Assembly (NCBI GenBank): GCA_963703215.1
Contig: OY969800.1
Location: 910,404 to 974,403, forward strand
DNA: 64,000 nt
Direction of reading: 5' to 3'
From: an uncultured Bacteroidota bacterium
Lineage (GTDB): Bacteria; Bacteroidota; Ignavibacteria; Kryptoniales; JAKASW01
Shown here: positions 38,326 through 47,169 of the stretch, piece after piece
Numbering within the stretch: position 1 is the stretch's first letter
Layout of the letters: each line of letters begins with the position of its first letter
Made by a program: the position numbers and the translations under genes
The notes under the pieces: model-generated
Database searches by the model: none
Seen by the model: only the letters and a program-made list of their open reading frames with translations
Told to the model about the DNA's origin: nothing

Positions 38326-40007
38326 GTCTCCGCTGGATTATTGTGAATCGGAAAATCCAATTTGAAGGTCGTCCCTTTGTCAACGACGCTTTCGACTGAA
38401 ATCGTTCCTTTATGATCCTGCATTATCCTTTGTGTAATCGCAAGACCGAGGCCGGTTCCTTTTCCCACCTCTTTCGTGGTGAAAAAGGGATTGAATATTT
38501 TCTCAAGGTTTTCTTCCAGTATTCCGGAACCAGTATCCGCTATTACGACTTCAACCATGCTATGCACTTTGCTCTTGGCAATTCCGGTTCGTATCGTAAG
38601 TCGCGGGCGAATCGAACCGTGCTGGCCAGCTTCTCCCAGAAGGATCCTGACATGAGCCTGCTCCAGTTCGGACATGGAGTGAATTGCGTTCACGATTAAA
38701 TTTACAAAAACTTCCTGAAGTTGGGCAGCATCGCCGAAGACTGACGGCAGATTCTTTTGAAAATCCAATTCAACCTCAATAAGAGACTTATCGATCTGGC
38801 TCTTCATCAATTGCAAGACCGCATTGATCTCGGAATTCAAATCTACCGGCTTTGTTCTCATCCTCTTCGGACGTGCGAAGTCGAGAAGCTGCTGGATGAG
38901 TTTCGCTATCCTGTTAGTTTCACCAATAATCATCTTTAATTCATCGCAGCCTTCTTCATCGGATTTCATGTCCATCATCAAGTACTCAGCGTTGCCCAGG
39001 ATTATATTCAGCGGTGTCCCAATTTCATGTGCGATGCCCGCGGAGATCTGTCCGATAAATGAGAGCTTTTCAGTCTGGCGAAGTTCTTGCTCGTATTGCT
39101 TAAGCTGCGTTACATCCCTGATGATCAGTGCCTTGCCTATAGGAGTTCCTTGCTCGTCCTTTAGCACGCTTCCGGTCAAGCTCACGATTACCCTCTGACC
39201 GGCTTTCGTGGTACAGTCAAGCTCAAAATTCCTGACGATTCCCTCCTTCCGGATTCGATCCAGAATTACTTCATCCTCACCGATCAGCCTCTTTTCACGA
39301 GGCAGCAACATAGAAAATGGCTCTCCGTTCGCTTCGTTCGATGGAAAACCGAAAAGCAGCGCTGCTCCCTTGTTCCATGAAACTATTCTTCCCTGTTCGT
39401 CGAGACCGACTATTGCGTCGGCCGAATTGTCGGTTAAGATTGAAATATAATGAGCCTTCGAAATGACTTCCTCTTCGAGCAAGAACCTTTTCAAGCCATA
39501 GCCGAGCTGGTCAGCCATCGCGAGAAGGACATCGAGACTTTCTTCCTGAAACTCCGAGATGTTGCTTTCTCTCATCGGAACGGATGGGAATGCAAGAAGA
39601 AGTAATGCTATGAGTGATTCTCCAGCTGAAACAGGAAGCATCAACACGAGTCGCCTGTGCCCGAAAACTTCTTGCATCATCGCATAGCTTCGGCGGGCAC
39701 TCGATTCACCGCTGAATTGGCTCGTGAGGGCGACGAGAAAATCTCCGCCTGCCGTCGGGACTCGCTCAGGGAGTGCCGATTTGAAGATTAACCGTTGTGC
39801 GGCTGGGTCGAATGCGAAAAACTCAATCGCGGTCGAGCGCGATTCTTCTTTTATTATCCTGATTGCCGCACTCAATGCTTCATCGTAGGAATTCGCGGAG
39901 CCGATTGCATTGGTAAATCTCAGCAATGTCTCGCGCTGCTGCTCGACCACTTTCCTTCGCGAGGCATTGACCTCTGTCTGATAGGCCTGGTAGGCGCCAG
40001 CATACAA
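38322..40007 (-). CDS. cytoplasmic sensor histidine kinase (GAF-like - PAS - HisKA - HATPase_c)
   Basis: No TM segment. PAS ([25 protein letters not shown]), H-box AHEIGTPL, N box [10 protein letters not shown] boxes DTGSGI and GKGTGLGL. It overlaps the regulator start by 4 nt. Confidence 0.9.
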   Translation of the reverse strand: MYAGAYQAYQTEVNASRRKVVEQQRETLLRFTNAIGSANSYDEALSAAIRIIKEESRSTAIEFFAFDPAAQRLIFKSALPERVPTAGGDFLVALTSQFSGESSARRSYAMMQEVFGHRRLVLMLPVSAGESLIALLLLAFPSVPMRESNISEFQEESLDVLLAMADQLGYGLKRFLLEEEVISKAHYISILTDNSADAIVGLDEQGRIVSWNKGAALLFGFPSNEANGEPFSMLLPREKRLIGEDEVILDRIRKEGIVRNFELDCTTKAGQRVIVSLTGSVLKDEQGTPIGKALIIRDVTQLKQYEQELRQTEKLSFIGQISAGIAHEIGTPLNIILGNAEYLMMDMKSDEEGCDELKMIIGETNRIAKLIQQLLDFARPKRMRTKPVDLNSEINAVLQLMKSQIDKSLIEVELDFQKNLPSVFGDAAQLQEVFVNLIVNAIHSMSELEQAHVRILLGEAGQHGSIRPRLTIRTGIAKSKVHSMVEVVIADTGSGILEENLEKIFNPFFTTKEVGKGTGLGLAITQRIMQDHKGTISVESVVDKGTTFKLDFPIHNNPAET

Positions 40008-40050
40008 ATAGATGATCTCATGGAAACATCCATCAACTCTCCTTGAGTAT

Positions 40051-40377
40051 TCAAAGACGTTCTTCTTTCCTATTCATCTTCTCCTTGACTACAGAGATGA
40101 TGGAATCTTCCCCGAGAAGAAAGGTCTCATGAACTGAAGTAAGAGTCAGAAGGCCGTTATAAGGCGGCTTAACAATTCTCTCCGTGAATTTGATAAGTCG
40201 CGAAGGGCCAACTCCCTTGAGAAGATCGACGATGCAATGAAGCAGCTCCGTGATCTGACTCCGGTAGAATGGTATTTGTGTGTTCCCAAAATATTTCGGA
40301 ATAGATCCGATGGATGAAACCCAACGCTCGGTTATCGCATCGAAATTGTCCGTCACTATTTGAACGAGTTCATCCAT
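40051..40377 (-). CDS. small helical protein, possibly an RsbR-N/globin-like sensor-coupling domain
   Basis: 108 aa, all-helical pattern (ITERWVSSI...ELLHCIVDLL...), wedged between ubiE and the kinase. The domain assignment is tentative. Confidence 0.4.
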   Translation of the reverse strand: MDELVQIVTDNFDAITERWVSSIGSIPKYFGNTQIPFYRSQITELLHCIVDLLKGVGPSRLIKFTERIVKPPYNGLLTLTSVHETFLLGEDSIISVVKEKMNRKEERL

Positions 40378-40380
40378 GAA

Positions 40381-41046
40381 TTATTTTCTTCCAAAATAAG
40401 CTGTGGCAATTCCAAAAGTAAGAGGAATTGAACGCACATCGTGGAAATTTATCTCGCGGAGGATATTTTCAAATGATTCGCCGTCTGGAAACGAGATGAC
40501 AGAATTCGGGAGATATGAGTAAGCTCCCTGGTTTCCTGAGACCAGTCTTCCTATCATAGGCAAAATGTTCTTGAAATAAAAAAAATACACTTGTTTGATT
40601 GCAAAGGCTCGCGGCCTGGAGAACTCGAGAATCACGACCCTTCCGTCTTTCTTGATTACCCTGTGCAACTCATTGAGTCCTGTTTCCAGGTCGCCGAAGT
40701 TTCTTACTCCGAATGCCACCCCCGCAACATCGAAGGTCTCAGCAGCAAATGGAAGCAGTTCCGCGTTCGCTTGTACCGGATCAGCGATGCCGTTCACGTT
40801 CAGTCTTTTTTTCTTCTCGATAAACATCCGAAGCATTTTCTCGGCAAAGTCAACTCCAACTATCCTCGACGGTTTCTTTTTCGCGGCCTCAATCGAAAGA
40901 TCGCCTGTGCCGCACGCAACATCTAGGAATGATTCCCCCGAATGAAGTTGCGAAATTCCAATTGCCTTTTTCCGCCAACGCCGATCAGTTCCGGCGCTCA
41001 GGAAATGATTGAGAAAATCGTAGCGGCGGGAAACATCGTTGAACAT
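40381..41046 (-). CDS. ubiE: demethylmenaquinone / ubiquinone C-methyltransferase UbiE/MenG
   Basis: MFNDVSRRYDFLNHFLSAGTDRRWR, VACGTGD and the family C-terminus. The N-terminus is probably longer than this ATG indicates (see findings). Confidence 0.88.
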   Translation of the reverse strand: MFNDVSRRYDFLNHFLSAGTDRRWRKKAIGISQLHSGESFLDVACGTGDLSIEAAKKKPSRIVGVDFAEKMLRMFIEKKKRLNVNGIADPVQANAELLPFAAETFDVAGVAFGVRNFGDLETGLNELHRVIKKDGRVVILEFSRPRAFAIKQVYFFYFKNILPMIGRLVSGNQGAYSYLPNSVISFPDGESFENILREINFHDVRSIPLTFGIATAYFGRK

Positions 41047-41186
41047 TCGCCGGACGTAAACACTCTTTTTTTCTGGTGAAATAAATTCCTCTTATTATTC
41101 TATCTTTCCCGCTCACTATCATTAGAATAGCATATGCGGGATGGCGCAAGGCGCTCACTTTTTATTTTCATGTGCGATGAACCCCA

Positions 41187-42341
41187 CTATCCATTCATTC
41201 TCTGATTCAACTCGTCGATCTTCTTCTGGTAAATTTCTGCCTGCTCTGGCTTCTTCTGCATCAAGATTGTATATGCCTCAATAGCCGTCTTCAATTGTCC
41301 CTGCTGTTCAAAAATTCTGGCAAGCGTCTCTGTCACTATCTCTGGTGTAAGATCAATTCCCGATTCTTCACCACGCTCTCTTGGATGATCCTCCGCCGGC
41401 TGTATTGGTCCTGCGGCTTCGAGTTCATGCGCAAGTGCATCGAGATCAAATTCGCCAGATTCAGATTCGATTTCTCCATGTTCATAAACTGGCGGAGCTG
41501 GCTCACTTGAATTCGAAATTGATGAAGGCGGCTCAACTACGTCCGCATGGATTTCTTCGGATGAAGACTCGACAGGGTGACCTGCCACTTCCGTCGACGT
41601 TGCCGAGGTATCTTCTTCAGACACTTTCAAACCTGAGGGTTCTGCCGATTTTTCCCGGACGGATGAATTTCCGGATTCCATTTCACGGGAGACTTTTTCT
41701 ATTATTGCCTTCGCGATCGTCGATGCATTCTCGCCTTTCGCAACAACATCTGTTACTTTTTCCCTGTTTCGATCGACGCCAGAATATTTTGAAGGTAATT
41801 CTTCGTGAGAAGGAATTAATGTTGGCGTTTTCAATTGAGAACCGGTCTTTGAAGATTCGTCACCAACTATCGCATCGAGGCCCGGTATTATGAAGTCGTC
41901 ATTTCCACTTTTTGTCCTGTACGCTTCAATTGTTTCCTCGATGGTTTTCATCAGGTCTTTGCCACCGGGGCGGTTCTTGTGGAATTGCTCAGCGAGTTTC
42001 CTGCCAATTTCGTCGGCTTGTTCATCCTTGTCCAATGTTGCAGTCAAGCTTTCGACAATTTTGGAACCTGGCCTTAGATCTCCTGCCTTAGCCAATTCTT
42101 TTCTAGCATCATAGAAAAGGCGAGCCTTCATCATTGCCATCGCAAGTACAACATGACCGGTGGAATAATTGGGATGAGCGATAACTCCGCGCTGAGCGAT
42201 GGACAGCGCTTCCGCGATCTTGCCCGCATCAAGATCAAAATATGAGAGCATCGCAAAAAATGACGACGCCGGATTTTTCTCTACCCGTTCTTCAAGATAT
42301 TTTAAAAGTTCCGCGTCTTTGCCGCCATAACGATAGTTCAT
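41187..42341 (-). CDS. hypothetical protein with terminal TPR-like helices and an acidic Ser/Glu/Pro-rich low-complexity core
   Basis: TPR-like pairs at both ends (ALSIAQRGVIAHPNYSTGHVVLAMA; LARIFEQQGQLKTAIEAYTILMQKKPEQ). The middle ~150 aa are acidic and low-complexity. Confidence 0.5.
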   Translation of the reverse strand: MNYRYGGKDAELLKYLEERVEKNPASSFFAMLSYFDLDAGKIAEALSIAQRGVIAHPNYSTGHVVLAMAMMKARLFYDARKELAKAGDLRPGSKIVESLTATLDKDEQADEIGRKLAEQFHKNRPGGKDLMKTIEETIEAYRTKSGNDDFIIPGLDAIVGDESSKTGSQLKTPTLIPSHEELPSKYSGVDRNREKVTDVVAKGENASTIAKAIIEKVSREMESGNSSVREKSAEPSGLKVSEEDTSATSTEVAGHPVESSSEEIHADVVEPPSSISNSSEPAPPVYEHGEIESESGEFDLDALAHELEAAGPIQPAEDHPRERGEESGIDLTPEIVTETLARIFEQQGQLKTAIEAYTILMQKKPEQAEIYQKKIDELNQRMNG

Positions 42342-42412
42342 CGCCGCGAAAACGATCTCACATCATTTCTGTCAAATTGGATTTCCGCATAAGAACCACA
42401 AAAGCTTCCAAC

Positions 42413-43954
42413 TTATTCACCAAAGTTTTGGACAACTGGTTCGGTCTTGGGGGAAAATCGGACCGCATCTTTCCTCGCGAGTAAGGCTTCCTTTATTGAG
42501 AGATAAGAAATCGTCCCGAAGCCGGTGAAATACAACAATTGAAATGGAATTGCCGCTATTTCGAGATCCATGATCGATACGACTATTCCGAACAGGCAAT
42601 AGAGCGCCAAAACGACTTCTGCAATCGAGACCCAGTTTATTTTCCGTTGAGTATATTTCTTGTCTGCCCAGGAACCCTGCTTACCAGTTACACCATATTT
42701 GGGGGTGCGGACAAACTCGGATTTCCTATTTATCAGCCCTTCGATTACGGCCTTGGTGTTGTTCACCGAAAGTCCCATGCTTCCTGCCATGAAAACTGGA
42801 AATAAATAAATTCTTCTCCTCCAATCTTTATAAACATCCTTTTGACTATAGAGATAAAAAATAAAGGATCCGAAGAAAGCGAATATGAATCCGCTCATCA
42901 TCATGAAGGTCGCATCGAATTCGCCGCCATGTTTTACGAAAACGATCGGTACCTGGAGAATTCCAATCAGTAGTACAAAGGGGTACACCATGCTCGCTGT
43001 AAGATGAACAGTAGAATGGATTTTGACTCGAAGCGGCAATTTCGATTTCCAAACCCTCGGAAGTAGTTTCTTAGAGGCTTCGATTGCCCCCTTTGTCCAC
43101 CGGAACTGTTGTGAACGAAGTCCGTTCACGTCTGCGGGAAGTTCCGCTGGAGAAGTATATTCTTTCATGAACACAAACTGCCAGCCTTTAAGCTGCGCTC
43201 TATAGCTTAAATCGAGGTCTTCAGCAAGAGTATCGGCTTCCCAGTTTCCTGCGTCCTCGATACAGCTTCTTCGCCAGACTCCAGCCGTGCCATTGAAGTT
43301 GATGAAGAATCCGGCCTTGTTCCGAACTTGCTGCTCAATCACAAAATGTCCATCAAGGGCAATTGCTTGAGCGCGAGTAAGAAGAGAATAATCGCTATTG
43401 ATGTGTTCCCACCTCGTTTGAACTAAGCCAATTCTTGCATCTGCGAAATATGGAAGTGTTTTCTTTAGAAAATCCACCCGCGGAATGAAGTCCGCGTCGA
43501 AGATCGCAACAAACTCGCCGCGCGCCTGAGCGAGACCATATTTCAAAGCACCTGCCTTGTAACCCTGTCGGTTCCCCCTTCTTATATGTTTGATGTCGAA
43601 TCCCTCACGAGCCTTCTCGGAGATTTTCTGTGCTAGGATAGAAGTTGTCTCATCGGTGGAGTCATCCAGAACCTGGATTTCGATTTTGTCCTCCGGGTAA
43701 TCCAGCGCGCAAATCGCATCGACGGCCCGGTTCACAACGTACAACTCATTATAGACCGGAAGCTGAATCGTAACGACAGGAAGTTCCTTCAACTCCCCTT
43801 TTCGCGCGACCTGCTTATTCCGATACTTGAAATAATAATAGATCATCAGAAATCCGTTGGATCCAAAAATAAACGGAAAGCTTAAGACAATTATGTAGAG
43901 AATCAATAATGCGTTTTCGACGCGGGGTGACATCTTATCATGCTCCTTTGGCAT
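42413..43954 (-). CDS. processive family-2 glycosyltransferase (cellulose-synthase-like / CslA-type beta-glycan synthase)
   Basis: Motifs in order: LPVYNE, VLDDSTD, FDADF, TLAEDLDLS, QQFRWTKG (QxxRW), flanked by N- and C-terminal TM helices. Confidence 0.85.
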   Translation of the reverse strand: MPKEHDKMSPRVENALLILYIIVLSFPFIFGSNGFLMIYYYFKYRNKQVARKGELKELPVVTIQLPVYNELYVVNRAVDAICALDYPEDKIEIQVLDDSTDETTSILAQKISEKAREGFDIKHIRRGNRQGYKAGALKYGLAQARGEFVAIFDADFIPRVDFLKKTLPYFADARIGLVQTRWEHINSDYSLLTRAQAIALDGHFVIEQQVRNKAGFFINFNGTAGVWRRSCIEDAGNWEADTLAEDLDLSYRAQLKGWQFVFMKEYTSPAELPADVNGLRSQQFRWTKGAIEASKKLLPRVWKSKLPLRVKIHSTVHLTASMVYPFVLLIGILQVPIVFVKHGGEFDATFMMMSGFIFAFFGSFIFYLYSQKDVYKDWRRRIYLFPVFMAGSMGLSVNNTKAVIEGLINRKSEFVRTPKYGVTGKQGSWADKKYTQRKINWVSIAEVVLALYCLFGIVVSIMDLEIAAIPFQLLYFTGFGTISYLSIKEALLARKDAVRFSPKTEPVVQNFGE

Positions 43955-44446
43955 TTACCAATTCGTTACGACGGCTAAAAGAATATCTTCGGTCAATTTA
44001 TCTTCCGCCTGCCCTAGACCGATGTTTCTGTTCGAAGGACCTGCGCTTGGATCGTAGTCGCCCCAATCCGAAAAATCCTTCGTCCAAATATTTTTTTGCG
44101 TTTTTAAATTTTGAAACTTTATCGAAACATTCACAGTAATGCGCCATTGACCGACTTGCTGATTTCCTTGAACTGCGTTGGCCTGCGTATTCACGCTGGT
44201 CACCGTTCCAATTATCGCAGCGTCGGCGCTCGACACGTTTGTTACTCGAAGCGTGTTGTCGGCAACCAACTTTTGTGTCAACTGATTTGTCAGGTCGATC
44301 CTCAGATTCGGATCACCGAAACCACTGTTGTCATCAAAAACTTGAATGGCAACGGTGCGAACTCCGGGCGGGAGTGATGCTCCTCGAAATGAGTAAGTGC
44401 AGCTGCCAAAAGTCAACAAAACCGTCAAAACGGCGCAGTATTTCAT
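43955..44446 (-). CDS. lptE: LPS-assembly lipoprotein LptE (FCB-type)
   Basis: Lipobox LTFGSC, then YSFRGASLPPGVRTVAIQVFDDN...RITVNVSIKF...LTEDILLAVVTNW, resembling Bacteroidetes-type LptE-family proteins. Confidence 0.7.
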   Translation of the reverse strand: MKYCAVLTVLLTFGSCTYSFRGASLPPGVRTVAIQVFDDNSGFGDPNLRIDLTNQLTQKLVADNTLRVTNVSSADAAIIGTVTSVNTQANAVQGNQQVGQWRITVNVSIKFQNLKTQKNIWTKDFSDWGDYDPSAGPSNRNIGLGQAEDKLTEDILLAVVTNW

Positions 44447-45603
44447 CAGACATCTTTCAATTTATACTGTTGAAGCTTGCGATACAAAGACCGCATGCTT
44501 ATGCCGAGTGCGTTGGCAGCGAGCTGCTTATTACCGTAAAATTTCTTGAGAGCTTTTTGAATAAGTAATTTCTCCATTTCCTCGATGTTTAATTCTTTCC
44601 CGTCTTCGGATTCACCGGGATTTTCACTTACGATGGGCTGTGGAATCGGCAGGGCTAATTTTTTTTCGACAGAATTTGTCTCTATCGAATTTCTAAGATC
44701 CACAATATCGTTCTTGATTTCCCACAAAGCCCTCAGAATCAATTCTCTCTCAGATTCTTCCGGCGTCTTTCCGACTCGAATCGGCAGAAATTTGTTCGTC
44801 GTTTCGGTGGAATAAAAGGCGCCCGCTCTTGGGAGGTGCCTCTCAAGAGTTGCTGCATTTACCTGGTTGCCTCGTTCAAGCACGATGATGCTCTCGATAA
44901 GATTTTTTAATTCACGAACATTCCCGGGCCATTCCAGACCGCTCAATATATCCAAAGCTTCCGGCAAGAAACCGCCGAATTTTATTTTTTGAGCCCCCGT
45001 AAATTCCCGGACGAATTTCTCAACAAGTACGGGAATATCTTCCCGGCGATCTCTAAGCGGCGGGATAAAAATATTCACTGATCTCAGTCTGAAATACAAA
45101 TCCTGTCTAAAGTAGCCTCGCGAAACTTCCGCCTCGAGAGACTTATTTGAAGCGGCGATGACTCTCACGTCGGCTTTCTGCGTCGATGAAGAACCGACGC
45201 GCATGAACTCGCCCGTTTCAATGATCCTGAGCAATTTAACTTGTGTGGATAACGGCGTATCTCCTATCTCATCGAGGAAAAGTGTTCCACCATCGGCGAT
45301 TTCAAAATAACCTTTGCGAGACTCGACGGCACCGGTGAATGCTCCCCGTTGATGACCGAACAATTCCGATTCAAGAATACCTTCGGGAATGGCCCCGCAG
45401 TTTACTGCAACTATTTCTTTGCCGGCGCGCTTACTCGCACCATGGATCGCACGGGCAACGACCTCTTTTCCGACTCCACTTTCACCACTGATCATAACGG
45501 TCACATCTGTAGGGGCAACCTGCATAACAGTAGCAACGACTTCCTTCATCGAAGTTGAAACACCGATTATTCCGAATTGTTCCTGAAACTCTTCGACAGT
45601 CAT
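44446..45603 (-). CDS. sigma-54 enhancer-binding protein without an N-terminal sensory domain (AAA+ - HTH)
   Basis: It begins ~10 aa before the AAA+ core (GESGVGKE, intact GAFTGA, RREDI) and ends with a Fis-type HTH (LAANALGISMRSLYRKLQ). Confidence 0.88.
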   Translation of the reverse strand: MTVEEFQEQFGIIGVSTSMKEVVATVMQVAPTDVTVMISGESGVGKEVVARAIHGASKRAGKEIVAVNCGAIPEGILESELFGHQRGAFTGAVESRKGYFEIADGGTLFLDEIGDTPLSTQVKLLRIIETGEFMRVGSSSTQKADVRVIAASNKSLEAEVSRGYFRQDLYFRLRSVNIFIPPLRDRREDIPVLVEKFVREFTGAQKIKFGGFLPEALDILSGLEWPGNVRELKNLIESIIVLERGNQVNAATLERHLPRAGAFYSTETTNKFLPIRVGKTPEESERELILRALWEIKNDIVDLRNSIETNSVEKKLALPIPQPIVSENPGESEDGKELNIEEMEKLLIQKALKKFYGNKQLAANALGISMRSLYRKLQQYKLKDV

Positions 45604-45609
45604 TTACGC

Positions 45610-46368
45610 TCAAATAGTGAAAATCTGTCCGTCATGGACGGCATTCAGTTCTTTCATTCCGAATTTTGATTTCAATTCTTCTCTCCACACTCCACCGTTT
45701 TCAAGTTCCTGTGGAATGTGCGTAAAGAAAACTCTGTCGCCACCATCTCTCAAAACTTTCGAGATTTCTTCGAGCGACGGGTGGGCGGCTTCGATAAACG
45801 CTAAAGAGCCCCCAATATATGAATCAACTTCCCGAATTGACTCTAAATCGCTGCTAAAGAAAAACGATTTGTTCCCTTCTCGAACGATCACTAAGAAACT
45901 CAGCGGATTTATTCCCGACCTCAAAGCTGATTCTCTATATTTTTCAAGATGGTTTGTCGGGATGAAATCAAGCTCAATGTTTCCACCGAGATTTCTTTTG
46001 CCCGTGTCCAAAGCTAATAACTCGAACCTGAACGACCATCTTTCATTATATATGAAAAAGTTGGCAAGCCATGATTTCACAAAGTCAACCTGCGTTGAAG
46101 GGACATGAATATTTATCGGCTCAGTTCGACCAAGTACATGCATCGCTGTTAAAACGGCAGGAAGCCCACCGCAATGGTCAGCGTGCATGTGAGTCAAGAA
46201 AATATCCTGAATCGAGGACACATCAACTCTAGCTTTTTGGAGCGCACGGAGGGCATCAGAGCCGCAATCGATCATGAATTGCACTTTTCCAGCTTCAATC
46301 AAGTAGGCACTGTTGAACCGAGTCAAACCGGAAAACGCTGAACCTGAACCCAATACTGTGATTTTCAT
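45610..46368 (-). CDS. MBL-fold metallo-hydrolase (RNase Z/BN-like)
   Basis: HxHxDH motif (LTHMHADHCGG) in a 252-aa beta-lactamase-fold pattern. Confidence 0.8.
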   Translation of the reverse strand: MKITVLGSGSAFSGLTRFNSAYLIEAGKVQFMIDCGSDALRALQKARVDVSSIQDIFLTHMHADHCGGLPAVLTAMHVLGRTEPINIHVPSTQVDFVKSWLANFFIYNERWSFRFELLALDTGKRNLGGNIELDFIPTNHLEKYRESALRSGINPLSFLVIVREGNKSFFFSSDLESIREVDSYIGGSLAFIEAAHPSLEEISKVLRDGGDRVFFTHIPQELENGGVWREELKSKFGMKELNAVHDGQIFTI

Positions 46369-47168
46369 TCCCGCGATTCTCCGGTATTAATGACTATGCA
46401 ATTAATCGATTTGCTTTTCAGGTCGGCTGCAAATGCTTCGGCGGCCTCGCGTGATTGGAAATCCCCGCTGGTTACGACAAAGAGTGTTTTACTCGCGCCT
46501 GTTTTGGTTGAGACTGATGCTTCAATATTATTCGTTTTCATCTGATTTACGAATTTTTCGGCATTCGCCCGGGTCGAAAATACACCAAGTTGGACAGCAT
46601 AACTTTCCCCCGATTGAACAGGCGATTCCTTTTGTATTGGCTTTGATGGAACAGTCTCAACCTGTGGGCGCGAAGTCACAACCGGATTTTGAAGCGTGTC
46701 TTTTTCAGTGGGCATTTTATCAGACAGTCCGGCGGGATCGACAAGTTGGCTCATCCCTGGATATTTGCGAAGCTGGAGAAAATCTGTGTGTGCCAAGCGA
46801 TAATCTCCGGCGGCGTAGTGATACTTGTAGAGTTGGAGGAGGGCTTCTCGCGCAATCGGTTTGTCTGGATATCCATTAACGATCGATCTATAAATGCCAG
46901 CAGCTTGTGTTGCATCCTGTGTTAGTGCAGCGCGCACGTACATACTGAATGGGTTCGAAGGATCTGCTGAAGATAAATATTCCCTTGCGTTATCAAGATC
47001 ACCGGCTTTTAGCGCGAGATATGACCTTTCGGCGTTTATGAAACCGGTGTCGGGCTTGGTAACAGATCGAGGTGTTTGGCCTTTGGAGGTGAACCTCTGG
47101 CCGAATGCGGTGTCAACGTTCAGAATCATAACCAAAAGTATTGGAATAGCAAAGAGGTTCGTCTTCAT
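46365..47168 (-). CDS. SPOR-domain peptidoglycan-binding protein with TPR-like N-region
   Basis: Signal/anchor MKTNLFAIPILLVMILN (start moved to 47168, 2 nt after the miaB stop). C-terminal SPOR pattern YAVQLGVFSTRANAEKFVNQMK...FVVTSGDFQSREAAEAFAADLK. Confidence 0.72.
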   Translation of the reverse strand: MKTNLFAIPILLVMILNVDTAFGQRFTSKGQTPRSVTKPDTGFINAERSYLALKAGDLDNAREYLSSADPSNPFSMYVRAALTQDATQAAGIYRSIVNGYPDKPIAREALLQLYKYHYAAGDYRLAHTDFLQLRKYPGMSQLVDPAGLSDKMPTEKDTLQNPVVTSRPQVETVPSKPIQKESPVQSGESYAVQLGVFSTRANAEKFVNQMKTNNIEASVSTKTGASKTLFVVTSGDFQSREAAEAFAADLKSKSINCIVINTGESRE

Positions 47169-47169
47169 C

